Origin: Planctomycetota bacterium
Lineage (GTDB): Bacteria; Planctomycetota; UBA1135; UBA2386
Reading direction: 5' to 3'
Assembly (NCBI GenBank): GCA_965228735.1
Contig: OZ245838.1
Coordinates: 2,144,001-2,208,000 of the forward strand
DNA length: 64,000 bases
A program made the position numbers and the translations under genes. The notes beneath the pieces were generated by a model, which saw nothing but the letters and a program-made list of their open reading frames with translations, did not search any database and was not told the DNA's origin. This document shows, in pieces, positions 1-9,736 of the stretch; the first letter of the stretch is position 1; every line of letters begins with the position of its first letter.

Positions 1-1
1 G

Positions 2-1153
2 GAAGCGCTCGAACGTCTGTCGCAGTTCTCGGACGCCGAGCTCGGCGGACGACCCCGCCCGACAGCAGCAGAGCTACGGCAGTTCTTCGAGCGGGCCGCG
101 ACCCGGGCGGCTCGGGGCGGGATGGTCTTGCAAGCCCACGCGCCGCTCGACAAGCCAGTCGTGCTGGAGGGCATTCGGCCCGGGGCCTACCTGATCGCGG
201 TCGAGATGGGCAATCATTGGGATTCACCAGTGATCCTCGGCGAAGCCCCCACCACGGTTCAGGCCGGAAGCACGCAGTACGCAACCGTCACGGTGAAGCC
301 TCCGCCCGCGCGCACGACCGTACCGCTGGCCGGAACGTTCTTCCTGCCACCGGCCTGGAACGAGCCGCACCTCAGCCTGCAGTTCGAACCGATGGACCTC
401 GCCGGCAAGACCTCACGCGACGAGCGCGACCTCGACCTCTCGGACATGAAGCCCGTTCCCGGAAAGCCCGGCCTCTACCGCTGGGACGCCGGCCTCGTCG
501 TGGCGGGCCGCTACGAGGTGACGTGCTACACGCTGGACCTGCAGTGGGTCGTCGACACCGGGCCGCGCGGCAACCGTTCGGCCGCGATCGCAGTCGGCGA
601 ACCCGTGGACGCGACCGCGCGGGTTCTCGAGGAAACGACGGGACGGTGGGTCGAGAACGTGGACCTGCTCTGGAACGGTGAACGCCCCAACGGCGTCATG
701 GGCGGCTCCCTCGCCCACGCAGAGTGGAACGCGGAGACGAAGACCTACGAACTTCGCGTCCCGGCTGGCCGGATCGAGTTGCACGTCCACTCGAAAGAAT
801 ACTCGACCGTCGGCCAGTTCACGTTCGACGTGCGCCCCCACAACCGCGAGCTCGTCGTTCGGGTTCGGCGCACCTGCGGCGTCGAGCTCTTTCTCAAGCA
901 CGGCGAATCGACAATACCGTGGCACGAGGCCTCGCAGTTCGCCCTGAGCATCGAAAGCCTCGACGGCAACAACGCGGGCTCCGGTACGGGCAGCATGGAC
1001 GACCACGGGATGTATCTCGTCGTTCGCAACCCCGGGTCGTACCGCGTCAACGTGCCCGATCAGCCGGGCTACGAACCGGTTCCCCCGTTCGAGATCTACA
1101 TCGGCGCCGGCCAGTTCGTGAAGCACGACGTGCAGCTCGTGCCGCGTCGTTGA
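2..1153 (+). CDS. Hypothetical beta-rich protein (carboxypeptidase-regulatory/Ig-like repeats), 5'-truncated by the window edge
   Basis: The frame of ORF 122..1153 is open back to position 2. Beta-sandwich-like motifs (PGxYxI, VPAGRIELHV, PGSYRVNVP). Confidence 0.6.
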   Translation, partial: EALERLSQFSDAELGGRPRPTAAELRQFFERAATRAARGGMVLQAHAPLDKPVVLEGIRPGAYLIAVEMGNHWDSPVILGEAPTTVQAGSTQYATVTVKPPPARTTVPLAGTFFLPPAWNEPHLSLQFEPMDLAGKTSRDERDLDLSDMKPVPGKPGLYRWDAGLVVAGRYEVTCYTLDLQWVVDTGPRGNRSAAIAVGEPVDATARVLEETTGRWVENVDLLWNGERPNGVMGGSLAHAEWNAETKTYELRVPAGRIELHVHSKEYSTVGQFTFDVRPHNRELVVRVRRTCGVELFLKHGESTIPWHEASQFALSIESLDGNNAGSGTGSMDDHGMYLVVRNPGSYRVNVPDQPGYEPVPPFEIYIGAGQFVKHDVQLVPRR

Positions 1154-1265
1154 ACGCCGCGGCGAAGGTAATCGCAACCGCGAGAGTGATCGCTGCCCCG
1201 GGCCTCCAACCTCCGGGACACGGTCGTCTCGCGCATCGTTCCAACCTCCGCTACCCTGATGGGCG

Positions 1266-2603
1266 ATGAAGCTCGAGACTCTCGCCCCGTCGGCCCTGCT
1301 GCTCCTGATCAGCGCGCACGCGACCGCTCAGACCGGTTGGAACGACATCACGACCCAGCCTCATCCGGATTGGATGTCGAGCACGTGCTATGACTCGACT
1401 CGGCAGTCCCTCGTCGTATTCCGGCACTTCGGCGGCGCGATGACCGTCTCCGAGTTTGACGGTGCCGGTTGGACGATCACGCCAGCAGTCGGCTACCCAT
1501 CGATCGCTTCGCTCGCGGGCGGTTGGGCGGGCTACGACCCGACGAACGATTCGTTCTTGCTGACGATGACCGATCCCAGCTTCCAAACCCAAACCGTCAC
1601 CTGGGACCGCAGCACATGGACGCTGCGCGCCGTGAGTTCGTTCCCGCCGACGCTATTCGGCCTGGTGTGGCACAGCGGCCGCGAGAGTTTCATTGCACTC
1701 TCGCTGGCGAATCTCGGCTCCAGCAACTCGTCGTTGCGACTCGTCGAATGGAATGGAGCAGGCTGGGCGTTCCTTACGGCCCGCACAGCACCCGTGACAA
1801 GCGCAGCTCTCGCGTACGACGACAGCCTCGATGAACTGGTCGTTCTGGCGATCAACGGCAGCCAGAGCTCGACGTTTCGCGTCGACCTCGCGACTTCGGC
1901 ATGGCAACAGGTCACCCACCCGCCCCTGGGAACCCCTCACCTCGCCCTGGCCACCGACCAGGCGAACGGACGATTGTTCGGCTTGGCGAGCAACCGCACG
2001 ACGTTGGAGTTCACGGGATCCGGCTGGGAGCGCCACGCGCACGGCACTGCGCCGCCATCCAACTCCGGATTCGGCTACACGTTCGTCCACTTCCCGCCGC
2101 TGAATGGGTTCGTCCTGGTGCAAAATCAACCGAACCAACTCGAGCGATGCGGCAGCTATCTGTACCGGCCGGCCGAGCACGTGGCTCCGAAGTTCGGTCT
2201 CCATCACCCTGGTTGCAGCACCATGGCGACGCCGTCCATCGACCTCGCTGCAGGCTCTCCACTCCTCGGTCAGAGCTTCGACCTTCGTGTCGGCGGGCTC
2301 TCGCCAACGAGTTCGCGCGTGTTCCTGACCAGCGGCTTCCGTGACGACCTGCACCAGGGCGGCCCGCTGCCTTTCGAGATGAGTGGGCTCGGTCTGCCGG
2401 GCTGTTTCCTCAACGTCGAGTGCCGAATCACCGATTCGACAGCTGCGCACGCCGGCTCGGCGACCTTCCAGGTACTGTTGCCGCTCGACCTCGACTTCAT
2501 CGGTTTGCGGTTCTTCTACCAAGCCCTCGTCATCGATCCGCAGCTCTCGAACGCGCTCGGCGCGATCGTCACTGACTCGATGACAGGTACCGTGGGTTGG
2601 TAG
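1266..2603 (+). CDS. Secreted Kelch/beta-propeller-like protein with a conserved C-terminal domain
   Basis: Signal peptide (..SAHATAQ), repeated 'YD..' and 'W(D/N)G..W' motifs, C-terminal GLPGC...FFYQA..DP...NALG module. Confidence 0.7.
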   Translation: MKLETLAPSALLLLISAHATAQTGWNDITTQPHPDWMSSTCYDSTRQSLVVFRHFGGAMTVSEFDGAGWTITPAVGYPSIASLAGGWAGYDPTNDSFLLTMTDPSFQTQTVTWDRSTWTLRAVSSFPPTLFGLVWHSGRESFIALSLANLGSSNSSLRLVEWNGAGWAFLTARTAPVTSAALAYDDSLDELVVLAINGSQSSTFRVDLATSAWQQVTHPPLGTPHLALATDQANGRLFGLASNRTTLEFTGSGWERHAHGTAPPSNSGFGYTFVHFPPLNGFVLVQNQPNQLERCGSYLYRPAEHVAPKFGLHHPGCSTMATPSIDLAAGSPLLGQSFDLRVGGLSPTSSRVFLTSGFRDDLHQGGPLPFEMSGLGLPGCFLNVECRITDSTAAHAGSATFQVLLPLDLDFIGLRFFYQALVIDPQLSNALGAIVTDSMTGTVGW

Positions 2604-2623
2604 CGGAGAGCCGCCGCCACCGG

Positions 2624-3073
2624 CTAGAACGGGATGTCGCCGTAGTCGACGTCGCCGCCGCCCTCGCCGCCGGCCGCGGCCTCGGACGCGCCGCCGCTGC
2701 TGCGCGCGCGACCACCGCCGCCACCCCCACCGCTGCCGCGCTGGCCACCGCCGCCGACGAACTGGAAGTTCTCGACGACGACTTCGAGCTTGCTGCGCTT
2801 GCCGCCTTCCTGACTCTCCCAGGTCGAGTACTCGAGCCGGCCTTCGACGAAGAGCTGGCTGCCCTTGCCGACGTACTGCGCCAGGACTTCAGCCTGTCGA
2901 CCCCACGCCGTCATGTCGACGAAGCACGTCGACTCCTTCTGCTCGCCATTCGCCGACCACTTGCGATTCACGGCCATGCCGAATTTGGCCAGCGCCATGC
3001 CGCTCTGGGTGTGCCGCATTTCGATGTCGCGGGTCAGATTGCCCAGCAGGATCACCTTGTTGAAGTTCGCCAT
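2624..3073 (-). CDS. ssb: Single-stranded DNA-binding protein
   Basis: MANFNKVILLGNLTRD...KGSQLFVEGRL, Gly-rich linker and acidic tip ending DIPF. ATG at 3073. Confidence 0.97.
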   Translation of the reverse strand: MANFNKVILLGNLTRDIEMRHTQSGMALAKFGMAVNRKWSANGEQKESTCFVDMTAWGRQAEVLAQYVGKGSQLFVEGRLEYSTWESQEGGKRSKLEVVVENFQFVGGGGQRGSGGGGGGGRARSSGGASEAAAGGEGGGDVDYGDIPF

Positions 3074-3181
3074 CGTTGTTCGCTCTCGAGAGGGTTTCAG
3101 ACCAAAGCGTGATCGTAGAGCAGGGCCGCTTCGGATCCAACGAACTGGTGCGGGACCGCGCCCCGGGCTACGCTGGCGCCC

Positions 3182-3520
3182 GTGACGGCTCCGCAGCAAG
3201 ACCGTCGTCGCGCGCCCCGCGCGCTCGGCGACTTTCCGATTCGCTTCTCCGAGGACCCCGACGCCGCGCCAGCCCAGCTGCGCGACATCTCGGAGATCGG
3301 CCTGGCCTGCCGGTCGCCGCGCGAATTGCCCGAACTCACGCAGATCAAGCTCGAGTTCCAGCTGCCCGGAGCGACGCAGGTCCACCGCATCACGGGCGCG
3401 ATCGTGCGCTGCGACCCGCTCGAGGACGGGGCGTTCGACGTCGCGGTGTTCTTCACGGACATCCAGACCGAGACGCGGGCCTCGCTGTCGAACTTCGTCC
3501 GCAAGAGCAAGCCCGCCTGA
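3182..3520 (+). CDS. PilZ domain protein (c-di-GMP binding)
   Basis: RRRAPR (RxxxR) and DISEIG (DxSxxG) motifs; 112 aa. Confidence 0.85.
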   Translation: MTAPQQDRRRAPRALGDFPIRFSEDPDAAPAQLRDISEIGLACRSPRELPELTQIKLEFQLPGATQVHRITGAIVRCDPLEDGAFDVAVFFTDIQTETRASLSNFVRKSKPA

Positions 3521-3654
3521 GCCGACCGCCCGCGGGCACCACGCGACCACCCCCCGAGCTGATGCCTTGCGTGTGGTCGGACACCCGCAAGTCGTTGCCT
3601 GCACCGCGGTCGCGGGCACGGGTCCGTCTCGACCGCAGCCCCGCCACGGCAAGC

Positions 3655-3703
3655 GCGCGGCCCGGCGACACCTGGGCGCGGCCCGGCGGCACCTGGGCGC
3701 GGC
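3655..3703. repeat. 21-bp tandem repeat (about 2.3 copies)
   Basis: gcgcggcccggcgacacctgg / gcgcggcccggcggcacctgg / partial third copy, between convergent genes. Confidence 0.7.
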
Positions 3704-3730
3704 GGGCCCCGGAGAACCACACTCATGACA

Positions 3731-4594
3731 TCAGTTCCGGCGTTGCGCGAGCAGCGTTCGGTCGATGCCGGCCGCATCGGCCCGCAGTTCCACTCCTTCG
3801 AGCTCCGCCGCACCGGCGAGCAGCGCGAGTGCCGGGGCGCTCGCCCCCACGCCGGTCTCGAGCACGACCGCGCCGCCGGGCCGCAGGTGCTGCGGCAGCC
3901 CCGCGATGATGGCGCGATAGCAGCTCAGCACGTCGCCGCTCTGCGTGAACAGCGCGAGCGGCGGTTCGTGCGCCCGCACGTCGGCGGCGAGCCCGTCCGC
4001 GGCGTCGGGATCGATATAGGGCGGGTTGCTGACGACGAGGTCGAACTGCGCTGTCGGCGTGACCGGCTCCCACCACGAGCCGCGCAGGAACTCCACCCGG
4101 TCGGACACGCCGTGACGCTCCGCGTTGGCGCGCGCGATCGCGAGCGCGTTCTCGCTCACGTCGACCGCGGTGACGTGCAGGTCGGGACGTTCGATCGCGA
4201 GCGCGAGCGCAATCGCCCCGCTGCCCGTGCCGAGATCGATGCAGCGCCCGCCCTGCGGTGCGTGTTCGAGCGCGAGGTCGACGAGGTCCTCGGTCTCGGG
4301 CCGCGGCACGAGGACGGCCTTGCTGACCGCGAGCTCGTGGCCGCGGAACGACCAGCTGCCGAGCAGGTGCGCGACGGGCTCACCGTCACCGCGCCGCCGC
4401 AACAAATCGCGCATGCGGCCGCGTTCGTCGTCGTCGAGCGGCCGATCGTGCGCGAGGTAGAGGTCGAGCCGGCTCAGTCCGAGCACGTGACCGAGCAGCA
4501 ACTCGGCGGAGCGCTGCGGTGCCTCCGCGCCGCGCTGCTGCAGCCACTCCGCGGCACCGCGGAGCACGCTGACGACGGTGTGGGACGGCGTCAT
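3731..4594 (-). CDS. prmC: Release factor glutamine methyltransferase
   Basis: GEPVAHLLG, VLVPRPETE, DLGTGSGAIA and SNPPY motifs; downstream of prfA. Confidence 0.95.
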   Translation of the reverse strand: MTPSHTVVSVLRGAAEWLQQRGAEAPQRSAELLLGHVLGLSRLDLYLAHDRPLDDDERGRMRDLLRRRGDGEPVAHLLGSWSFRGHELAVSKAVLVPRPETEDLVDLALEHAPQGGRCIDLGTGSGAIALALAIERPDLHVTAVDVSENALAIARANAERHGVSDRVEFLRGSWWEPVTPTAQFDLVVSNPPYIDPDAADGLAADVRAHEPPLALFTQSGDVLSCYRAIIAGLPQHLRPGGAVVLETGVGASAPALALLAGAAELEGVELRADAAGIDRTLLAQRRN

Positions 4595-4626
4595 GATCCG
4601 ATCATGCGCCAACCGCGCCGGCGGGA

Positions 4627-5376
4627 CTACTTGCCCTTGCCGGCGCCCTTGCCGGCGTCGCCACCCTTGGACTGACGACGCTTCTCGGCCGCGGCGGCCA
4701 TCTTGGCCTGCTTGAGCTCCTTGTTCTTCTTCGCGCCGCCCATGACGCCGCCGATGAAGCCGAGCTCGGCGAGGACCGCGCCGAGAAACACGAAGAACAC
4801 GCCCGGGCCGAGCAGACGCCAGAAGTTGCTGACGCGCACCCCGGACTCCTCGTCCTTCGCGAGGACGCCGCCGAGGTCGCCGAAGAAGTCACCCCAGGTC
4901 GCCGGGAACGGGAACTCGCCGCCGATGTAGCCGCGCGCGAACGCGAGGTCGTAGGCCTTCTGCGGATCGAAGCCCGTCATCGTGAGGATCGTCCCGATCA
5001 GCGGAATGAAGCACAGCAGCAGCCACAGGATGCTGGAGCCGCCCGAGCGGTTGGTGTTGATGGCCGCCCACCACGTGCGGATCATCCCGATCGCGAGCAC
5101 GAGGTAGACCGCGCCGCCGATCGTCTGGTAGCCCGCCGCGCCGAAGTTGGCGTCGAACGGCATCAGCGTGCCGATCAGCATGAGGATGCCGGCCCAGAGG
5201 AACCTGTAGTACGACTTGTCCCGGCAGAAGGGGTTCATCGCCGGAGCGGGCAGGCCGGAACGCATCGCCTGCATCATCGCTTCGTCCGACGTCATGCCTA
5301 CCGGCGCGGGCGCTGCGCCCGCATCCAGGGGCTCGAGCGGCTCGAGAGTGGCGAGATCACCAGGGGTCTGGCTCAT
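4627..5376 (-). CDS. Hypothetical membrane protein (about 4 TM)
   Basis: Hydrophobic segments, basic C-terminal tail, host-like codon usage. Confidence 0.75.
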   Translation of the reverse strand: MSQTPGDLATLEPLEPLDAGAAPAPVGMTSDEAMMQAMRSGLPAPAMNPFCRDKSYYRFLWAGILMLIGTLMPFDANFGAAGYQTIGGAVYLVLAIGMIRTWWAAINTNRSGGSSILWLLLCFIPLIGTILTMTGFDPQKAYDLAFARGYIGGEFPFPATWGDFFGDLGGVLAKDEESGVRVSNFWRLLGPGVFFVFLGAVLAELGFIGGVMGGAKKNKELKQAKMAAAAEKRRQSKGGDAGKGAGKGK

Positions 5377-5559
5377 GTTCGTTCGATCGATTCGTGAGGG
5401 GGTCGAGAAGGAGGCGCGGCATCTTCGCGGACGGGCCCGCCGGAGTCACCAACGAAAGAGCCGAATGGCAGGTTCGGCGGGCGCCGGCGCTTTCCGGCGC
5501 CTCCCACGGGGCTGGCGGCCTGGCCCACAGGACCGTCACCAGCCGCGGGATCCGCGGGC

Positions 5560-6633
5560 TCAGAGTCCGGCGATCGCCCGCTCGCGGCGGTCGTGGAGCA
5601 GCAGCTCGATCACGGGCTCGAGCCGGCCCTCGAGCACCTGGGCGAGCGCGAAGTTCTTGTTCACCCGGTGATCCGTGAGTCGATCCTGCGGGAAGTTGTA
5701 GGTCCGGATCCGGTCGCTGCGATCGCCCGAGCCGACCTGCTCCTTGCGCTCGGCCGCGCGTGCGGCCTCCGCCTGCCGCCGCTGCCGCTCGTAGATCCGC
5801 GAGCGCAGCATCGTCATCGCCTTCGCCCGGTTCTTGATCTGACTGCGCTCCTCCTGGCACGTCACGACGGTGCCCGTCGGGATGTGCGTGATCCGAACGG
5901 CCGAGTCGGTCTTGTTGACGTGCTGGCCGCCGGCGCCCGAGCTGCGGTAGGTGTCGATGCGCAGATCGCCGGTGTCGATGTGCACCTCGACCTCCTCGAC
6001 CTCGGGCAGCACCGCGACCGTGCACGCCGACGTGTGCACGCGCCCGCGCGCCTCGGTTTCGGGCACGCGTTGCACGCGGTGCCCGCCGGACTCGAACTGC
6101 ATCTCGTGGAAGACGTTCGTGCCCTTGAGCTGGAAGAACACCTCCTTGAAGCCGCCCTTCTCCGACGGCGTGCTGTCGAGCGGCTGGAACGACCAGCCGC
6201 GGCGGGCCGCGAAACGCTGGTAGACCCCGACGAGATCGCGCACGAACAGCGCGGCCTCGTCGCCGCCCGTCCCGGCGCGGATCTCGACGATGCAGTCGCG
6301 GCTGTCGTCGCCCTGCCCAGCGAGCAGCATGTCGAGCAGCTCGTCGGCCTCCCGCTGCGCCTTCTGCTCGAGCTCGGGCAGCTCGCTGCGCGCGAGGTCG
6401 GCGAGGTCCTTGTCCTCACCGTCCAGCAAGGACCGGTGCTCCTCGATCTCCTCGACGAGGCGTTGATGGCTCTGGTAACGATCGACCGCGATCGCGGACT
6501 TGCCGAGTTCACGCTGGAGCTTCGCGAGCTCCTCGTGCGGCGTGTCGGGGTTGGCAGAACGGGCGGTGAGTTCGGCGACCCGCGCCACCATGGCGTCGAG
6601 GCGCTGACGCACGCGCGGGCGCAGGTAACTCAT
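5560..6633 (-). CDS. prfA: Peptide chain release factor 1
   Basis: GAGGQHVNKTDSA, PET motif in HRVQRVPETE, IRTYNFPQ. Confidence 0.97.
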   Translation of the reverse strand: MSYLRPRVRQRLDAMVARVAELTARSANPDTPHEELAKLQRELGKSAIAVDRYQSHQRLVEEIEEHRSLLDGEDKDLADLARSELPELEQKAQREADELLDMLLAGQGDDSRDCIVEIRAGTGGDEAALFVRDLVGVYQRFAARRGWSFQPLDSTPSEKGGFKEVFFQLKGTNVFHEMQFESGGHRVQRVPETEARGRVHTSACTVAVLPEVEEVEVHIDTGDLRIDTYRSSGAGGQHVNKTDSAVRITHIPTGTVVTCQEERSQIKNRAKAMTMLRSRIYERQRRQAEAARAAERKEQVGSGDRSDRIRTYNFPQDRLTDHRVNKNFALAQVLEGRLEPVIELLLHDRRERAIAGL

Positions 6634-6724
6634 GCGCGGGATCTCGCGAGCGGAACGGCGGCAGGGTCAACGATCACGCCGCACCCGAACGAGGCCGCAT
6701 GATCGAACGGAGCGCGCGCCGCGG

Positions 6725-6937
6725 CTACGAGGTCGCCTTCTTCTTGCCGTAGCGCTTCAGGAAGCGATCGACGCGGCCGGCCGAGTCGACGAACTTGGCC
6801 GCGCCCGTGTAGAACGGGTGGCAAGCCGAGCAGATATCGGTGCGGATCTCGCTCTTGATCGAACGCGTCTCGAACGTGTTGCCGCAGGCGCAGCTGACCT
6901 TGCACACGACGTATTTGGGGTGGATCTCGGCTTTCAT
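6725..6937 (-). CDS. rpmE: 50S ribosomal protein L31 (Zn-binding type)
   Basis: [30 protein letters not shown]. Confidence 0.97.
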   Translation of the reverse strand: MKAEIHPKYVVCKVSCACGNTFETRSIKSEIRTDICSACHPFYTGAAKFVDSAGRVDRFLKRYGKKKATS

Positions 6938-7041
6938 GGTGGGCACCCGCGCGGGCCGGAACCGGCCCAACGCGGCGGAGCATCCTAGGCAGCTGCGGGC
7001 CATTATCAAGAGGCGCCGTGATCGGCGCCCGCGGCGGCGCC

Positions 7042-7539
7042 CTACCGCACCCAGGCCAGCAGGTTCTCGAGGCGCCGCTGCTCGACCCGGAAGTCGATCG
7101 TGACGAACCGATCCGCCCGGATCGGCCGTTCGGGGATCAGCGCGCCGAGGATCTCCGCGAGGGTCGCCCGGGCCCGCGAATCCAGGTGCGCGAACTCCGG
7201 GGTCGGCAGCAGGATCACGGCCGTGCAGACCGCCATCTCGGGCCCCTCGGGCCGCGGGGACGGGCGCCGCAGCGCGTAGCTGCCGTCGCGGAACACCTGG
7301 ATCACGGGCGCCGCGTCGGGCGGGACCGCGGCGCGCTGCGAGCCGAGCAGGACCGAGCCGGCGACGGCCGTGAGCCGAACGGGCGGCGGCAGCGGCGGCT
7401 CGGCGAACCGGCGCGGGCGGACCGCGGCGACGCTAGCATCGACTTCGTGCACGGCGAGGTCGAGCACCACCACCGCGGCGACCGCGGCCACGAGCGTGAG
7501 CCCGATCCGCGCCGCCATCGACCGCGGCCACACCGTCAT
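7042..7539 (-). CDS. Hypothetical membrane-anchored protein
   Basis: ATG overlaps the maf stop codon (ATGA); N-terminal hydrophobic helix. Confidence 0.6.
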   Translation of the reverse strand: MTVWPRSMAARIGLTLVAAVAAVVVLDLAVHEVDASVAAVRPRRFAEPPLPPPVRLTAVAGSVLLGSQRAAVPPDAAPVIQVFRDGSYALRRPSPRPEGPEMAVCTAVILLPTPEFAHLDSRARATLAEILGALIPERPIRADRFVTIDFRVEQRRLENLLAWVR

Positions 7540-8150
7540 GACCGGGTCGCGGCCAGGAGCCGCCGAACGGCCTCGACGTGCAGCCCGACGACCGCGTCGA
7601 ACGGGCCGTCGACGAGGGTGAGGAAGCCCTGCTCTTCGTCCTGGATGCCGTAGCCCCCCGCCTTGCCCTGCCACTGCCCGGACTCGAGGTAGCGCTCGAG
7701 CTCCGCCGGACTCGGCTGGCGGCACCGCACGGTCGCGGTCGCGACCTCGGTCCGCGGTTCACGATCCGATCCCCCCGGGACCAGGCAGTGGCCGGTGTGG
7801 ACCCGGTGGTCCCGACCGGCGAGCGTGAGCAGCATCGCGCGCGCGGCGTCCCGATCCTTCGGCTTGCCGAGCTCGCGACCGTCGAGATCGACGACCGTGT
7901 CGACCCCGAGCACCGGCACGCCGCCCATCGCATCACGCGTCACGATCGGCGCATCACCGGCCTTGCGCCGGGCCCGCGCGAGCGCGAGCTGGCGCGGGTC
8001 GGCGGCCTCGCCGGCGACGTGTTCCACCCCGGGCTCGCACAGCGCGAACGTGAAGCCGGCCTGCTCGAGCAGCTGACGCCGGCGGGGCGAGGTGGAGGCA
8101 AGGTGGAGGTCCACGCGCTCGATCCTCGCGCGCGAGCCGAGTGACCGCAA
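7536..8150 (-). CDS. maf: Maf family nucleotide pyrophosphatase (start may be GTG at 8114)
   Basis: LASTSPRRRQLL, GVDTVV, LGKP, KAGGYGIQ. Confidence 0.93.
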   Translation of the reverse strand: MRSLGSRARIERVDLHLASTSPRRRQLLEQAGFTFALCEPGVEHVAGEAADPRQLALARARRKAGDAPIVTRDAMGGVPVLGVDTVVDLDGRELGKPKDRDAARAMLLTLAGRDHRVHTGHCLVPGGSDREPRTEVATATVRCRQPSPAELERYLESGQWQGKAGGYGIQDEEQGFLTLVDGPFDAVVGLHVEAVRRLLAATRS

Positions 8151-8241
8151 GGAACGTTCGGCCCGCCGACCTCGCCTGCGCGGCCCGACGACCGGGTCGG
8201 GGCGCGACCAGGCGGCGGGGTCGGAGCGCGATTCGGCGCGC

Positions 8242-9021
8242 TCAGCGGCGCCGCTTCGGAATCTTCGGCGGCGGCGCGAGGCGGATCAGCAGGCACGCCG
8301 GCGAGAGTTCGTGGGTCAGGTTGGGCTTGCCGCCCGTCCCGTGCTTGCCGACGTCGAGCGGCAGGTGGCCGAACGGCTTCACGAGGGCGCGCACGTGCGC
8401 GAAGAAGTCGTTCGCCGCCTTGTTCTTCGGGTCGATGCCGAGGCGCTGCTGGGCGCGCAGCGTCGACTTCTCGGAGAAGCAGACCTCTTCGACCGTGAGC
8501 AGGTGCGTGAGGAAGCCGACGACCTCGTCGGGCATCCCGGGCACGCGCTGGAAGAACATGTTGCGGTCGCTGATCGCGGCCTGCCGCATGAAGTCGAGGG
8601 TGATGCCGTTCTGGTCGGCGTAGACCTGCGAGATCATGTCGCGCACCGCCAGGCAGCGATCGAACAGGTTCGGGATCTCGAGGTCGCTGAGCATCGCCTC
8701 GACCTCGTAGGCCTCGGTGACGCGGAACTCGTTGCGGTCGACGAAGCTCTCGTCGATCCGGCGCCGCACTTCCTGGCCGTAGCCGCACGGCAGCCCCTGG
8801 GCGAACGCGATGTGAACGGCGGCGTCCACGAGGTCGAGCAGCTCCGGCTCCTCGGGCGGCGTCAACGTCGCGAGCACCTTCTCGAACTCGGCGAGCGTCG
8901 ACTTGAACGTCGCCGGGCTGGCGGTGATCGGCTCGCGCGGATCCGGCGGCGGCGCCGGCTCCTTCGGCTTGGCCTTCGCCTTGGCGCTGCTCTTGGTCTT
9001 CTTCTTCGACTTGGCGGGCAC
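8242..9021 (-). CDS. Hypothetical protein with divergent endonuclease III/HhH-GPD-like fold
   Basis: FVDRNEFRVT segment resembles planctomycete Nth-like proteins; Lys-rich N-terminus. No 4Fe-4S Cys cluster seen. Confidence 0.5.
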   Translation of the reverse strand: MPAKSKKKTKSSAKAKAKPKEPAPPPDPREPITASPATFKSTLAEFEKVLATLTPPEEPELLDLVDAAVHIAFAQGLPCGYGQEVRRRIDESFVDRNEFRVTEAYEVEAMLSDLEIPNLFDRCLAVRDMISQVYADQNGITLDFMRQAAISDRNMFFQRVPGMPDEVVGFLTHLLTVEEVCFSEKSTLRAQQRLGIDPKNKAANDFFAHVRALVKPFGHLPLDVGKHGTGGKPNLTHELSPACLLIRLAPPPKIPKRRR

Positions 9022-9178
9022 GTGGTCTCTCTGGTCCGTCGCGCGGCGCGCAGGCGCGTTGCGGGGTCGCGAACGTCGAATCACTGGGCGGCCCGGACGA
9101 ACTCAGCGAGCGATCGGCGCTCGATGAGCCGGCGGGGCGCGATCCGAACCGGAGCAGCTCGGCGAGCTGCCCCCGCTC

Positions 9179-9559
9179 TCAGCTCTCGCCGCCGCCCTCG
9201 GCCTCGGCCGCGGCCGGCTTGGCCTTGGGCTTGCGCACCTTCTTCTTCGGCGGCGTCCAGGCCTTCGGCTTGGCCTTGCTCTTCTTGCGGACCCGCTTCT
9301 TCGGCGTCGGCAGCTCGATGCCGTGCTTCTCGCACAGCTGGCCCACTGTCGGCGACGGCTTCGCGCCGACCGAGAGCCAATAGCTGATGCGCTCGGCGTT
9401 GAGCTTGACCTGTTCGCCGGCGCGCGGCATCAGCGGCAGGTAGTAGCCCACCGACTCGATGATCCGACCATCGCGGGGGCAGCGGGGGTCGGCCGCCACG
9501 ACGCGATACGTCGGGTGGTTCAGGCGTCCAAAGCGTTTGAGGCGAAGCGTGACTGCCAA
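9179..9559 (-). CDS. rpsP: 30S ribosomal protein S16
   Basis: MAVTLRLKRFGR..YRVVAAD..RDGR..WLSVGA; follows ffh. TTG start. Confidence 0.97.
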   Translation of the reverse strand: MAVTLRLKRFGRLNHPTYRVVAADPRCPRDGRIIESVGYYLPLMPRAGEQVKLNAERISYWLSVGAKPSPTVGQLCEKHGIELPTPKKRVRKKSKAKPKAWTPPKKKVRKPKAKPAAAEAEGGGES

Positions 9560-9736
9560 GGGAACGGGTCTCCGAAGGGTCTAGGCCGCGAAAAGGGGCC
9601 GAGTAGGTAACCAGAACGGGCCAAGCGTTGCCAGTGGTTTTTGCGACCGTTCCGCGGGCCAGCGACCCCACGGGGCCGCGAATCGTCCCGGGCACCAACG
9701 CCCCGAGTCCGCCCGCCGCGCGCCGACCGTCCCGGC

